DNA of 63,290 nt, counting the filler, from Octopus bimaculoides (taxonomy: Eukaryota): assembly GCF_001194135.2 (NCBI RefSeq). It is 10 parts of 9 records of this genome, joined end to end, with 100 filler letters (N's around TTAATTAATTAA, not from the genome) between each part and the next. Parts side by side here need not be neighbours in the genome. Positions count along the whole stretch, not along the records: positions 1 to 9,780 come from NC_068992.1; positions 9,881 to 17,139 come from NC_068982.1; 8 more parts are not named here. One strand, 5' to 3'. The position numbers and the translations under genes were made by a program. This document shows positions 1 through 13,900 of the stretch, piece after piece; positions within the stretch are counted from its first letter, which is position 1, and each line of letters opens with the position of its first letter. The notes beneath the pieces were generated by a model. It was not told where the DNA came from and did not search any database. It saw only the letters and a list, made by a program, of their open reading frames with translations.

Positions 1-1380
1 TATGTATGTATGTATGTATGTATGTATATAATAATTAATATTTACCTCCCCTCATATATTAATTCAATTTTATCTTTGATGTCATAAACGACTATCCCCT
101 AAGTAATATATTTTCAGTGGCATAAGAGAATTTTCAGTTTCGTAAACAAAGTATCTTTATTTTCCGTTAGATCTATTTAATTAGATAATAAGGAAACGCT
201 GTATAAGTGTATAAAAAGATTTACGAAAATATGTGTGTTACGTATAATTGTTATAAAAATATGTATTAATGCCTAAGCATAAGTGTAGATATAAAATGTG
301 TATGTGTATATGTACATCTGTATATATGTACATATAAGTTTTTTCATGTAAGCGTACTTTTTACATACATCTTAGTACCAACTATTTGTGTACGTGTGTT
401 TTATGCGTGCATGTGTATGTATTTTTACATATATGCACATATTGTTACTTATATGCATATATTATTACCTAGAAGTGTATATCTTGAATGTGTACATGTA
501 GATACGTGTGTATATATGTATGTATGCATATATATATATATATATATANNNNNNNNNNNNNNNNNNNNNNNNNNNNNNNNNNNNNNNNNNNNNNNNNNNN
601 NNNNNNNNNNNNNNNNNNNNNNNNNNNNNNNNNNNNNNNNNNNNNNNNNNNNNNNNNNNNNNNNNNNNNNNNNNNNNNNNNNNNNNNNNNNNNNNNNNNN
701 NNNNNNNNNNNNNNNNNNNNNNNNNNNNNNNNNNNNNNNNNNNNNNNNNNNNNNNNNNNNNNNNNNNNNNNNNNNNNNNNNNNNNNNNNNNNNNNNNNNN
801 NNNNNNNNNNNNNNNNNNNNNNNNNNNNNNNNNNNNNNNNNNNNNNNNNNNNNNNNNNNNNNNNNNNNNNNNNNNNNNNNNNNNNNNNNNNNNNNNNNNN
901 NNNNNNNNNNNNNNNNNNNNNNNNNNNNNNNNNNNNNNNNNNNNNNNNNNNNNNNNNNNNNNNNNNNNNNNNNNNNNNNNNNNNNNNNNNNNNNNNNNNN
1001 NNNNNNNNNNNNNNNNNNNNNNNNNNNNNNNNNNNNNNNNNNNNNNNNNNNNNNNNNNNNNNNNNNNNNNNNNNNNNNNNNNNNNNNNNNNNNNNNNNNN
1101 NNNNNNNNNNNNNNNNNNNNNNNNNNNNNNNNNNNNNNNNNNNNNNNNNNNNNNNNNNNNNNNNNNNNNNNNNNNNNNNNNNNNNNNNNNNNNNNNNNNN
1201 NNNNNNNNNNNNNNNNNNNNNNNNNNNNNNNNNNNNNNNNNNNNNNNNNNNNNNNNNNNNNNNNNNNNNNNNNNNNNNNNNNNNNNNNNNNNNNNNNNNN
1301 NNNNNNNNNNNNNNNNNNNNNNNNNNNNNNNNNNNNNNNNNNNNNNNNNNNNNNNNNNNTATATATATATATATATATAT

Positions 1381-1600
1381 TCTTTTACTTGTTTCAGCCA
1401 TTTGACTGCGGCCATACTGGAGCACCGCCTTTCGTCGAACCAATGGATCCGAAGACATTCTTACGAAGCCTAGAACTGATTCTATTGGTCTCTTTTGCCG
1501 AACTGCAATGTTACATCGGTTGTCAAGCGATGAGGAGGGAAAACACGGACACACAAATACATACATACACACATATACATACACATATGCATACATACAT
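1381..1600 (-). mobile_element. SINE 3' module (family B/C tail) followed by AC-rich microsatellite
   Basis: Matches the recurrent TCTTTTACTTGTTTCAG.CATTTGACTGCGGCCAT.CTGGAGCACCGCC block seen more than 8 times in the window. Confidence 0.75.
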
Positions 1601-2119
1601 ATTCATATAGATAGATAGATTATTGGTCTATTTGATATGCTGGCCACTGATAATATCTTTAACGATTTCATCCTGTATTATTATAGCTGAATAATTTCTA
1701 TTCACTTCGGGACAGTCTAGTCGCTTCTGTACTACTCTGACCAAATACACACGTGCTGAGGTAGACTACGATATTCGATGCGGATATATTTTTGATATTT
1801 GTATGTAATCGTAGCTTTGCGTTTGCTTTCCTGTGGGTACGTATAAATATCTCATTTATTTCCCTCAGTATGTCTTGCTGATTAGGAAAAGTTATTAAAC
1901 TAATCCAGAAATTGACCTATCCAAGAATAACTGCACTATTATTATTTTATGAATTTCTGTGAGCCTACTCTTTTGATTTCAACAAGTATATACTGTAAAA
2001 GTGGTAATTTTAAGCGAATTGACGATTTTAGCGTCTATTTTCAACATAGGCATTGTCTCTTCTATGCGCTTAATTATAATTGCATTTTATACTATTATGA
2101 ATTTCTCTCTTTCTGTATA

Positions 2120-2161
<42 letters not shown>

Positions 2162-2171
2162 NNNNNNNNNN

Positions 2172-2209
<38 letters not shown>

Positions 2210-2299
2210 ATATATAATAGGCTTAAGCTGGTGGAAACTCTTACTAATTCCACGTGTTAGGTCTTTGTTATTTCGGATACAATCAAACATATTTGACAA

Positions 2300-2590
2300 G
2301 GGTACCATAGTAGGCCATGTTGGGAGTCTAAAAAGTTAGCGCACAATATCAATTTCTCTCCGACACACAATAGACTATTGCTTCCTTCACTTCCTGGATT
2401 GTACAGCCATTAGGTTTTAGATGTTTCATGTAATTCGTGGTGTTTTGGAACATATTTCTCATGATCCGGACTCTGGAATTTAATTCTGCCACACTTCAGT
2501 TCAATTTCGCAAAACCATATGCTTGTAACAAGCGCTCTAAATGTATTGGCGGCCCAGATAATATTCTTGCTAATGAGATGAGTTTTTAAT
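2300..2590 (-). mobile_element. Highly decayed R4/Dong-like LINE RT C-terminal fragment
   Basis: Frameshifted minus-strand peptides SKNIIWAANTF, YGFAKLN*SVAELNS and LYNPGSEGSNSL resemble the N+I.A+NT..../Y.FG++.W+..EL/RLY+PR.EGGRGL region also seen at 6765-7000. Confidence 0.5.
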
Positions 2591-2667
2591 ATACTTTTTA
2601 TTTGAAAAAGTATTTGTTATTTATTCTTGTTGGACAGCTTTCAGACATGGACTTTTACTTCCATTAC

Positions 2668-2735
<68 letters not shown>
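2668..2735 (+). repeat. (TAA)n microsatellite abutting the 5' junction of a Dong-like LINE
   Basis: Direct reading. Confidence 0.95.
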
Positions 2736-2737
2736 TA

Positions 2738-3735
2738 TAGTAAAGCTGACAAATACAAACAAGAAACCATACTACTTAAGAAATATGAACAGTAAAAGTT
2801 ATAAAGCAAATGAAATCCAAACTAAAACTAGAACAGCAACGGACCATGATAAAACGATGGCAAGAAAATCCCCTTCATGGCAAATACTGGGCTAAACTAA
2901 ATGCAAAAGAAATACATAGAGAAAAATCCCTGCAATGGTTGAAAAGCTCAGGACTCAAAGCAGAGACTGAAGGATTTTTAATTGCAGCACAAGACCAAAG
3001 TCCCCTCACCAGAAATTACTAAAAACATAAAATGAAAAGAAATATAACAAGTAACTGCAGAATATGTGGAGATGGACAAGAAACAATAAATCATATTATC
3101 TCTGGCTGCTCAGTCCTGGCTAAGAAGGAATATATTCACAGACACGACAGAGCTGGTACCTACATACACTGGAAGCTATGTCAACACTATGGAATAACAA
3201 CAGAAAAAAGATCGTATAGGCACACGCCAGAAAAGGTCACAGAAAACGAGAAAGCAACTATACACTGGGATATGCCAATACACACAGATAAAGAAATTAA
3301 GGCTAATAGGCCAGATATAGTTGTCAGAGATAATAAAGAACAAAATTGCTTTCTAATTGATGTATCGATACCAGCAGATGACAACGTTTCTCTAAAAGAA
3401 ATGGAGAAACCTTCAAAATACAAAGACCTGGAAATAGAGGTAACTCGAATGTGGAATCTGAAAACAGAAACAGTTCCTATCATAGTAAGTGCATTAGGTA
3501 TGATAAAAAAATTCAGACAAATACATAACAAAAACACCAGGACTTACAAGTATATATAACATACAGAAAATTGCACTACTGGGCACTGCACACATCCTAC
3601 GCAAAACACTTTCAATACAGTAACCATAAGAGCATCACAGCAAACCGCAGCACATACCCAAGGTACACAGAGCTGCGCTCGGTAGTGAAGTGAAAGCACG
3701 TTATAAAAATAAAACTACCGAATAATAATAATAAC
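2738..3735 (+). mobile_element. 5'-truncated R4/Dong-like non-LTR retrotransposon (CCHC knuckle, restriction-like endonuclease, 3' UTR)
   Basis: LKAETEGFLIAAQDQ, CRICGDGQETINHIISGC, RHD, RPDIVV..FLIDVSIP, KYKDLEIEVTRMW, PIIVSALG. Ends in (AAT)4; has stops and frameshifts. Confidence 0.88.
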
Positions 3736-4020
3736 TTAATATGTTGTGTTAAATAGCTTCCTCCCCTCCCTTGTTGATCTTCCTTTTTTCCTTATATCTA
3801 TTTTTTCTCTCTCTCTCTCTCTCTATATATATCTCTTCTACTAGCTGCTTTTTTTTTACTTTCTGTCAATGGTGGGATGGTGAGGGAAGTTGAGCGTCCA
3901 TCACTCATAAAATGCTCCAATAGCTTGCGCAGGACCTTTCCTCTGACAGTCAAGCTCGACTCCTTCTCCAGATCAACAGGAGAAGAGTGGGAAAAGCGAG
4001 TATCTGGTGCCTTCAAATAA

Positions 4021-4570
4021 CCAGTGTTCTGGGTAGGCTGTATTCGTTAGCCATGGATGGCAAGCAAGCTAGGAGAAGGAACACTGAGTTCAAAACCAGG
4101 GGAGCAAGGCTCCTGCCACATTAGCAGACTACCTTGATAGAGACGGTATCTCGATAAAAGTACTGGTTGGTAGTAACCTAAAAACACACCTTATTTGTGA
4201 GTGAAAATGTCAAGCAAAATAGATGACGATAACTGTATGAACAGGACTGGAATCAATGGTGAAGGTGCCGCACCAAGCAGGTGCCCCACTGTGCAGCAAG
4301 GTGGGCCAAGTCGTAATTCAACAACTCCTAGCCCTTCTACAAGACATAAGTGGAGAAAACAAGTAAACATGATAGTTATGGAGTGTTACTACCGGAGCAT
4401 CCCAACGAATGTGAATGGTGTGCCTGTCAGAGGGAACAGAAAACAAATGCACAGTGAATTGAAGGCAATGGAACTGTTTGAAATTACTGAAGAGAGATTA
4501 TGTTAACAAGCAAGAGTAATACGAAAGAATGGATGATTAACAGAATTGGAACTAGAAGCTATTAAAAGAG
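4021..4570 (+). mobile_element. 5' UTR and N-terminal domain of a second R4/Dong-like LINE
   Basis: RHKWRKQVNMIVMECYYRS.P..G.PVRG.RKQM...ITEERLC*QARVIRKNG*LTELELEAIKR, resembling the R4/Dong N-terminal (Myb-like) region. Confidence 0.75.
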
Positions 4571-5779
4571 TTAGGCCTAACGATAAGAACAGTCGTCTCA
4601 CATTGTGTCATATCCGACTTCGATTGGAAAATGCTCTGCTTTCCAGCCTGCATCTCCACATTCCTCGAGGGGGTTTACATAACGGTCAGTCTTTCGAGCC
4701 CGAGCGGCGTCCATGTTATCTTCATGGGGAACCGTTAACTCGACTAGATTTACAACTTTCTTTCCTTCACACCACATTAAAATGTCCGGAATTTTTCGTA
4801 ACTGGGATGGGAAAGAATCCCTGGCACCCAGGTAAATCTGCAGTCACTTCCCAATAGCCGTTCCACTTTTCATCTTTTACAGGAAGTTTCTTGTTCTTCT
4901 TCTTGAAACGGATCTGCTGACCTGAGCGCACGACGGTAATGAAATCTCTAGTTGGTTCTTTCAACGGTTTTTCCCCCCTGTTGTTGAGATGAATTTGGTT
5001 CTTCATAGCATTGAAGATAACCTTCAGGACCAGGTTGTGTCTCCATGTATATATATTCAATGCTAAGGAACAGTTGGAAAGAATATGTTTCAGTGTTCCG
5101 ACCTTTCCGCATTTGCATATGTCATTCTCTGAGACGTTCCATCTTACTAGATTTGAAGGTGATGGCAAAACATCATAGGATGAACGAATCAGAAAACTTA
5201 GCCGAGATGTGGTCCACCTCCATATCTCATCCCAACTTATTTTCCTCTCAACATGTTCTTCCCATCTCGTCATCTGTCCTTGTTGAATACATCGGATCAT
5301 ATGAAACTCTCTTCTCTCTGCTTCTCTTGTTTTGACGCTGTTGCTAACAACAAATCTGCGTTCGCTCCGCATCATACTCGCAAACGGCCTGAAATATCTG
5401 CGCCAAAACCAAGCCCTTTGCGATGATTCTGCGTTGCACCCACCATATCTCTCTGTGTAAGAGAAGACAAGATGTCATCAGTCTCTACTTCTGCTTTCCA
5501 CTTCCTGGCTGTTTTCACCTCTGGTGGGTTACGCCTGATTTCCATGTCCTTCGATTCACTCAGCATCATCACCGTCCGTATCTTCCTCAGTTTACATATT
5601 TCGACTACTGACACTAGTGGTAACTGCCACGAATCTCTTTTACGATAAAGAACTGAACTGTTCAGCATCCGAGGTAGGCCTAGCCACTTTCTAATGAACA
5701 AATTACATTTTTGTTCAATGATCTGAACTCGTGACAAGGCTACCTCGTATATCAAAAGTGGCCACGAATGTCGCGGGTA
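4568..5779 (-). mobile_element. HERO/NeSL-like RLE LINE fragment nested in antisense within the Dong-like copy
   Basis: [99 protein letters not shown]. Confidence 0.82.
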
Positions 5780-7968
5780 CAAGCCGAACTGCAAGCATCA
5801 AATTTTAATTGGAAAGCAGCAGGACCCGATGGTGTACAGGGATTTGGGATAAAAAATTTCAGTAGTTGCCATAAATTGATCGCAGAGCAATTTAATACAT
5901 TGATCAATAGAGAAGAAGAAATACGGAGCTGGTTGACAAAAGGACGAACGGCGCTGTGCCTGAAGGATGCATCAAAACAAAAAGCTACTGACAATTACAG
6001 AACAATTTCCTGCCTCTCATTATTATGGAAGTTATTGTCAGGAGGAATTTCAGAAGAACTGTATAAATTTCTTGATGAAAACAACATATTGCCGCCCGAA
6101 CAAAAAGGCTGTAGAAGGAGATGCAGAGGTACCAAAGATTTAATTATTGACAGACAAAATGATAAGGAGTACAAATCTAGAAATGGCATGGATTGACTAT
6201 CGCAAAGCTTATGATACGATTCCACATTCGTGGATCATCGAGTGCTTAGATCTGTTTGGAATTGCAAGGAATGTAACGTGTTTCCTGAAGAGAAGTATGG
6301 TGGGATGGAAAACTGAACTGACATCTTGCGGAGAAAGCTTGAGAACCTTTGGTTTCAGAAGGGAGATTTTCCTGGGTGATAGCCTTTTTCCTTTGCTTTT
6401 TGTTCTCTGCATGATACCACTAACCTTGGTACTTAGGAAAATGAGGAAAAATCCCAAACAATCAACCATTTCATCTTCATGGATAATTTGAAACTGTATG
6501 GCAAAGATAAGACACAAGTGGGAGTCTTGGTGAACACGGTCCACTGTTTAATATTAGAATGGAATATGGATTCAAGAAGTGCGGAATAATCTACCTAAAA
6601 AGAGGCAAGTTACAGTCCCTAGCAGGGATAAAATTACCAAACAAATACTTGATTAAACAAATTGAAACGGAAGGATACAAATACCTTTGTATACTAGAGT
6701 TCAATGAGATAATGGAAGAGGTAATAAAAGAGAAACTGAGGATGGAATATTTCAACGACTGAGGTTGGTGTTGCGCTCAAAATTGACTGGATGGAATAAA
6801 ATCCAAGCAGTTAATACGTGGGCGATAGGATCACTTCGGTATGGAGCGAGAATCATAAAATGGCGAAAGAGAGAAATGAAGAAAATGACTACCAAAACCA
6901 GAAAAATATTGACAGTACATGGAGTCTTCTACCCTAAGAGTAACACCGATTGACTGTATTTGTTCAGAAGAAAGGGTGGGAGAGGTTTAATCAGTTGCCA
7001 GGACTGTATCGAAGCAGAGGAAAACGGTTTAGGGTGGTATATGAAAAATTCCGGGAAGCCACTGTTAAAACACACGAAGAAGGTCGGCATCATCAACACT
7101 GAAAATTGTATAAATAAAGAAAACATTAAACAAGAAATGAACGAAAATAAAATAAAGATCATGGAAGGGGAAAAAATGTACGGTCAGTTTGCAAGAGATG
7201 TGAACGCGAAGACAGATACAGAGGACCGGTGACTATGAATGCGGCGGAGTGACCTGAAGATAGAGACAGAAGCACGCACATGCGCAGCTCAGGATCAAGC
7301 GTAAAGGACCAACTATATGAAGTGCAGAATAGACACTACTACCGGTAGCGATAAATGCAGAATGTGTGGTGAGAGGAGTAAAACGGTATGGCACATCGTT
7401 AGCGGATGCCCGAAATTGGTGTAACGCGAATATAAAAGAAGCCATGATAATGTGGCAAGAAGGATCCATTGGGAGCTCTGTGGAAATCATGGCCTACAAA
7501 GAGCAAAGACGTGGTATGAAGAAACTCCAGAAGGAGTCACCGAAAATAAAAATTGCAAAATCCTGTGAGATGCAATGATCCAGTGCAATCACCCGACAAG
7601 ACATCGGAAATCGAACATTGTTGTGGTGAATAAAAAGAAATAACATGTATGATAATCGACATAGCATGCCCCGATGACAACAGGATGAATGTGAAAGAAG
7701 AAGAAAAAAATATACAACTATAACGATTTGAATTGGGAAATACGAAGGTTGCAGTCAATAAAGAGAGTGGTGCACTTCGAAGTATCAGTGCTCAATTACC
7801 AACATGACTGAAAGTGAATGTAGAGCACCGACAAAAATCAGCATTGCTTGGAACTGCAAGAATTCTTCGCAGGGTTCTTGAAGCATGAACAATAAACAAG
7901 TGTCGCCTTAGTCTGCTGGCTGTGGACAGCTGACACTTTCCACCATAGCCAAGCTGTGAGTTTTCATG
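5780..7968 (+). mobile_element. R4/Dong-like LINE RT, CCHC, RLE and 3' UTR (decayed; continuation of 4021-4570)
   Basis: [71 protein letters not shown]...V.HIVSGC, RQDI, LLGTARILRRVLEA*. Followed directly by (TAA)n. Confidence 0.9.
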
Positions 7969-8221
<253 letters not shown>

Positions 8222-9468
8222 ATATGGAGAACGCAAAATTGTCCCGTTCTAGTAATACTTTCTTACCCTGGAGTTACAATTTATCTACTCGAATGGCAAC
8301 TCTGCTTCGTTTTATTGTTACTTTTTTTTCCAGTTCATTGGAATCTTAATATTCTAGCTTAACAATGTTCAGGAGCTTCCGTTTGCAACATACAGTTTTA
8401 GGTCAATGATAACGAGAATATGGTGAATGGATCTGGTCCACCGTCTCTGCTTATATCATTCGAAACTGGCATTTTGAACAGTCAATGAAAGCAATAAGTC
8501 CACTCCGCTATGAGATTGCAGTTTATTTTCTTTTATCAATAGTCTTAGTGTCATTTGTATGCACCGAAAGCAGAATATTGTATATCCTTTGATTTTTTAA
8601 TTTCATTTTCTATTAACCAACAGTACACAAAATTATGTGCGCAGTGCCTAGTAGGGCAATTTTCTGTTTATTACGCATATTTGTGTGTCACAAAATTTGT
8701 GTTACGCATGTGTCTTCATTTTTTAAAATCATTTCCAAGTCGCATGCTATTATAGTTTCTTTTTTCTGTTTTAGTTCCTAACATTCTGATTATCTGCATT
8801 TCCAGAAATATATAAAAAAAACTTATAAAATTTCTGTTAGTGATATATCATGGTCTGTTGAGACTTAAATTTTGATCCTTGTCAAGACCTAGCAGTTTTA
8901 AATTGTCAGCTCTGTGAAATTGCCATGTTATTGTATATATTTTCTATATCCTCTTCTGCTTTGTTTAATATCTGTAGGTGTTGGAAGCTATTTTCAATTT
9001 AGGTTTAATTTTTAACGGTTTCTTTCATAGCTGTCTGTTATTACAGCGTCTGTTTGTATTACGAACAGTATTCTCTCATTCATATGATAATATTACTTAC
9101 TGTAACTCACTATCTAACCTTTAATACAACCTATTACCCCTGGCCCAAGTTTATACCAATATTAGCAATTAAATTATATTCAGTCTTTTGAGATGATTTG
9201 GAAACATAAGATCAAATAACCTAACCGTATGTTTTTTTCTACTCCTCTGATGAAATTTTGTCCAATAATTTAACAACTGGAATTTGATCGTTGGGCAAAA
9301 TATCTAATATCTGCCTTAATATCTAATATTATATTATTATTATTATACTACAATCAGTTTCAATATAGTAAACCTTCTCTTCGTAACTTGCCATATTTAA
9401 TGCCGAATTATAGAATTGAGCTTCATTATTAAAAACCCTATTATTAGCAGATAATCTGGAGAGTCTTA

Positions 9469-9780
9469 ATGAAATTCTTACATCTCCAGCATTTAGAGAT
9501 TCATTGTCATTGTTCAACATCAGTGTGGTTCTCCATGACCTCATACTTACAGATAAAAAGTTTCGCAGAGTAGGAGCTATTTTATACATTTCCAGACATT
9601 TCCTAATCCAGCTATGTGGTAGGCTATCAAAGGCCTTTTTATAGTCTATCCAGGCTATTGACAAGTTTTTGTGTCGCTTGTGACAATCTTCTAAGATCAT
9701 CTTATTGATGAGTAGCTGATCTTTACAACCATAAGATCCACGTTTACATCCCTTTTGCTCATTAGGGAATATGCTACTTT
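9469..9780 (-). mobile_element. R4/Dong-like RT fragment truncated by scaffold end
   Basis: [52 protein letters not shown]. Confidence 0.85.
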
Positions 9781-9880
9781 NNNNNNNNNNNNNNNNNNNN
9801 NNNNNNNNNNNNNNNNNNNNNNNNTTAATTAATTAANNNNNNNNNNNNNNNNNNNNNNNNNNNNNNNNNNNNNNNNNNNN
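9781..9880. other. Artificial scaffold-joining spacer N44-TTAATTAATTAA-N44
   Basis: Exactly 100 nt, palindromic six-frame stop cassette, identical at nine sites. Confidence 0.95.
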
Positions 9881-10207
9881 ATATATATATATATATATAT
9901 ATATATACTTATGATGGAGAAACCTGCTTATTAATTAGGTATGTAACAGTTACTAAAAGAAAGCAATTATTAAAGGCTTGACCGTTTGGAAATTTTCTCT
10001 ATAAATTCATGTTACTGAAGGTCATTTCTGAAGGTTATTGAATGCTTGAACTGCAGGTTTTGACAAATTTAAATAATCGTTCCATTCACTGCGGAGAAGC
10101 TTTAATAAACGATATTACTTCGTTGCAGGCGAAACTTTTGTTTTCATTTCCAACAGTCTCTCACTCTCTGTCACCTCTATTTTCATTAATGATAATTTAA
10201 AATATAT

Positions 10208-10372
10208 TTTCGTTTGTCATCATGTTCTGAGTTCAAATGCTGGCGGGGTCGACTTTACCTTTCGTCATTTCGAAGTCGATAAATTAAATACCAGTTCCGC
10301 ACTAGGGCCGATCTAATCGACTTAATCCTTTCCCTCAAATTTAAGGCCTTGTGTTTCCAGTAGAAAGGATAA
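10208..10372 (+). mobile_element. tRNA-derived SINE family A, partial
   Basis: GTTCTGAGTTCAAAT (B box) ... GTCGACTTTACCTTTC ... GTCGATAAATTAAATACCAG ... ATCGACTT. Confidence 0.75.
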
Positions 10373-11138
10373 TTTAATATATATTCATTTCAATGTTTTC
10401 ATTTTAAGTTTTAATTTGCTATTTGCAAAACCCACAGTTTATTCTATATACGTTTAAAAAAAATTATTTATTCAATGAATGATTGTTATCAGACAAAATA
10501 GCTGTATAATTCTGAAGCTTATTTTTGATAAAATGAATTTTTTTTTTAATATACCGGCATGATTTTTCTTTTCTAATTAAGAAATGATTTTGTTGGTATA
10601 GCCGTTTAGAATACTATAAGTTTTACAATAAACTATGTGATCGCTGCTATTTCTAGCACACTAAACCTTGAAGTTTGTTTAAATTACTGATGTATTACGA
10701 CTACGATAAATTACTAAAAGAAAATTTACTAAGCAAATGAGAATTTTTTATAAATTGAAGTTTTCAGGAAAATTTGCTTTTATTATTGAATAGTTGATGT
10801 TTAGAAATTTAAATGATCGGTACAAGGTAGTTTTTAACGAGATTTTATTTATTTATACGATTTTTCATTTCATGTTTATTTCATTCATTGTTTACAATAT
10901 TCTCTCTCTCTCCCTCCCTCTCTGTCTCTCTCACACACATTGTCTCTGTAATATAAACATACACACACTCCAGATGTGAGTAGCAGAAAACCGCCCAGAA
11001 GGTGGTGTTTCTGCTAGTATGTATAATGTATACGCCTTGTTGATGGTCCATTTGTAGTAGTATTTCTCCTTAGAGAACATCTTGTTAGATTCAAAACAAT
11101 AAATACCAGAGAGAAGGCACTCTAGTGGCGATCAACGA

Positions 11139-11276
11139 CGGTGAGCGGCGGTGAGCGGCGGTGAGCAGCGGTGAGCAGCGGTGAGCGGTGATGAGTGGTG
11201 GTGAGCAGAGGTGAGCGGTGATGAGCGGTGGTGTGTAGCGGTGATCGGCGGCCAGCGGCGGCCAGCGGCGGCGAGT
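11139..11276 (+). repeat. GC-rich 10-mer minisatellite (CGGTGAGCGG)n, degenerate
   Basis: Direct reading, about 13 imperfect units. Confidence 0.85.
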
Positions 11277-12002
11277 GACAGGCCCAGATGCATTTTAACT
11301 TTTAGGGCATTTTTCTATGGTGGGTAATCGCAGGTAGATAGACGCTCAGGAGAGAATTCTCCGTCTCTGATATAGCGAAAAAGTGAATAAAACATTCAGT
11401 GACGTTGTGAATGACTGCCCGTTGCTTAGAATTCCGATATGCACAATTCAGGCTCTATTTAATTAAAATACTAATCTGGATGCCATACTTAATATATACA
11501 CACTGTCCTGTCGATACTCCACTAACAGCAGCATTTGTCCTGAAGCAACATCCACGGATTTGCTGTGGTTAGAACACATTATATATCAGATACGTTTGAA
11601 AATTGGTCCCAAAAGTGGCCAGTTAGTGTGCTCTGTATATACCAATATACCTTTCACTGAAAACATCTATTCGTCAGTCTACCTATCTATGTATTTGTCT
11701 ATCCAAATACCAGTCATTTTACAGCAGAATTCTGCTTTAAGCACCCCGTATAATCTTTTATAACGTTTTGTTTTTGTTTTTGTTTTTTGAGGAATTTCTA
11801 AAAAATTTTGCTTATTTGTATTCTGCATATGAAAATTCATATGATTATCAAAAAAGAGTTTTTTCTGAATTTTTTTTTTTTTTATATTTCGAATTTGAAA
11901 AAAAATCAGAGTTTAGAATACGGATACTGGATTTTTTGCTTAAATCTCAGCAATAGGCCATTAAATGTGTTTATGGGGCGAAAGATATTTATTTCTTTAT
12001 TG

Positions 12003-12218
12003 CCCATAGGGGGCTAAACAGAGAGGGTTAAACAAGGACAGAAACCGGGATTAAGTTGATTACAGTGACCCCAGTGCGTAACTGGTACTTAGTAATCGAC
12101 CTCGAAAGAATGAAAGGCAAAGTTGACCTCGGTGGATTTTGAACTCAGAACGTTACGGCAGACGAAATACAGTTAAGCATTTCGCCCGGTGTCATAACGA
12201 TTCTACCAGCTCGCCGCC
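12003..12218 (-). mobile_element. tRNA-derived SINE family A, near full length
   Basis: Reverse complement begins GGCGGCGAGCTGGTAGAATCGTT (A box) with GAGTTCAAAATCC (B box) and the GCCTTTCATTCTTTCGAGGTCGAT core. Confidence 0.85.
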
Positions 12219-13802
12219 CAATGGGGAGAAAGGTATTGAAAAACATCAATACGTCAGAGTGACAAAGAAATGACGAGGGTGTCAGTTGGTCGTGATACGT
12301 GCTATAAACAACAGCTAAATAGCCCTTAAATGACACACAATTTTTTTATGCCTATTCGTATGAATTCCTGCGAGTAGAATACAAATACGCAAAGATTTTT
12401 TGAAAATGCCCGAAATTTAAAAAGTTATGAGGGGTTTTATGGAGGGCTTAAACCAGAATTCCGCCCATTTTACTTCTTTGTCTGAGACAGATGTCTAAAT
12501 TGCTATCTATCTCTATTACCTCAGTTACCAATGCTGGTAGATATGAGGCTGGAAACTAGCAACAAAACTCATAATGTCTCGTATACTTTCCTATTTTCTT
12601 TTATACGTATATTTGGATACTTTGTCATTTAGCTATTGTATTTTCCCACGTCTATAAAACAATTTTAACTGCAAAGACGCCATAACCACAAATTAAAAAT
12701 ATTTTCCTCAAGCATAATATTTACATATAAAATTATGTTTCCTTGCCACTTTCATCAATGGTATATAAAAAAAACATCGTCTTGGGAAAAAATGATATAT
12801 ATACGTCAACTAGTCCAGAAAACAAAGCCGTAAACATTGTAAACAGCCAAAATAGCTATGATTTAAAGCAGTGCCTAAATGTAAAGCATTTTTATTAGTG
12901 TATTCGACTCTCGTAGAATTAAATCAACATACAAAAGAAAAACAAGCTAATACATTTACTGTTGATATGTGTCTGTAATTTAATAATCATATCTCTTGGT
13001 GGAAGCTGTTGAATATCTCCTCATTATAATTTGACATTAATATCATTTCTTGTGGTGTACGTTAATATAGTAGCTTTGAATATACAATGACTGTATTGAT
13101 ATCACAGCTGTCTCACATATTTAGGATATGCTATAGTTTAGCGTTCCTTGTATGAACTCGTATATAATGGCAGAACTTTACTGATGGCAGTCTTTCTCTA
13201 CTCCGTCGATGAAGACAACACTTATGATTTCGAGATACCTGTTGCTCCGTCCGTACATAATATATCCATGCATGCATGCATATGTGTGTGTCAGGGGGTG
13301 GGTTGAGTGTGTCTGTGTATATTTTTATATGCTGACAAAGAAGCTCCGCTTTATGAATAGCTACTGAATTAGACCAAGCCGAGTTGCTTTTTTTTTTTTT
13401 ACTAAAACTTTAAATATACAAAACATAGCTATTCAATCTACTGTTATCCTCAAAGCGTATAAAAGTATGTTTGGATTCCTGGCCTCTTTGATTTTCCTTT
13501 CAATCATCTTCGTAAGTGCGGATAGATGGTAACGATAGAGTATGTATTTTATATAATTAATTTGTGCTCGCGCATGCGTGCGGAAAAGTGAATGGGTTTG
13601 TGTGGGGGAGGGGTGTATCGCTGTGTGTGTATATGTATGTGTGGAACCAAATATTGTTTGAAATAGCGTGACTAAATGTTTAGATATTTTTGATATAACG
13701 CAACATGCTACAAAAATTATTAAAGGCTTTGGCCTTAACATAGCATTCCTGTTGGGAATATACATCACTTGCAGATAACATAGGACTATCGCTGAAATGA
13801 AT

Positions 13803-13900
<98 letters not shown>

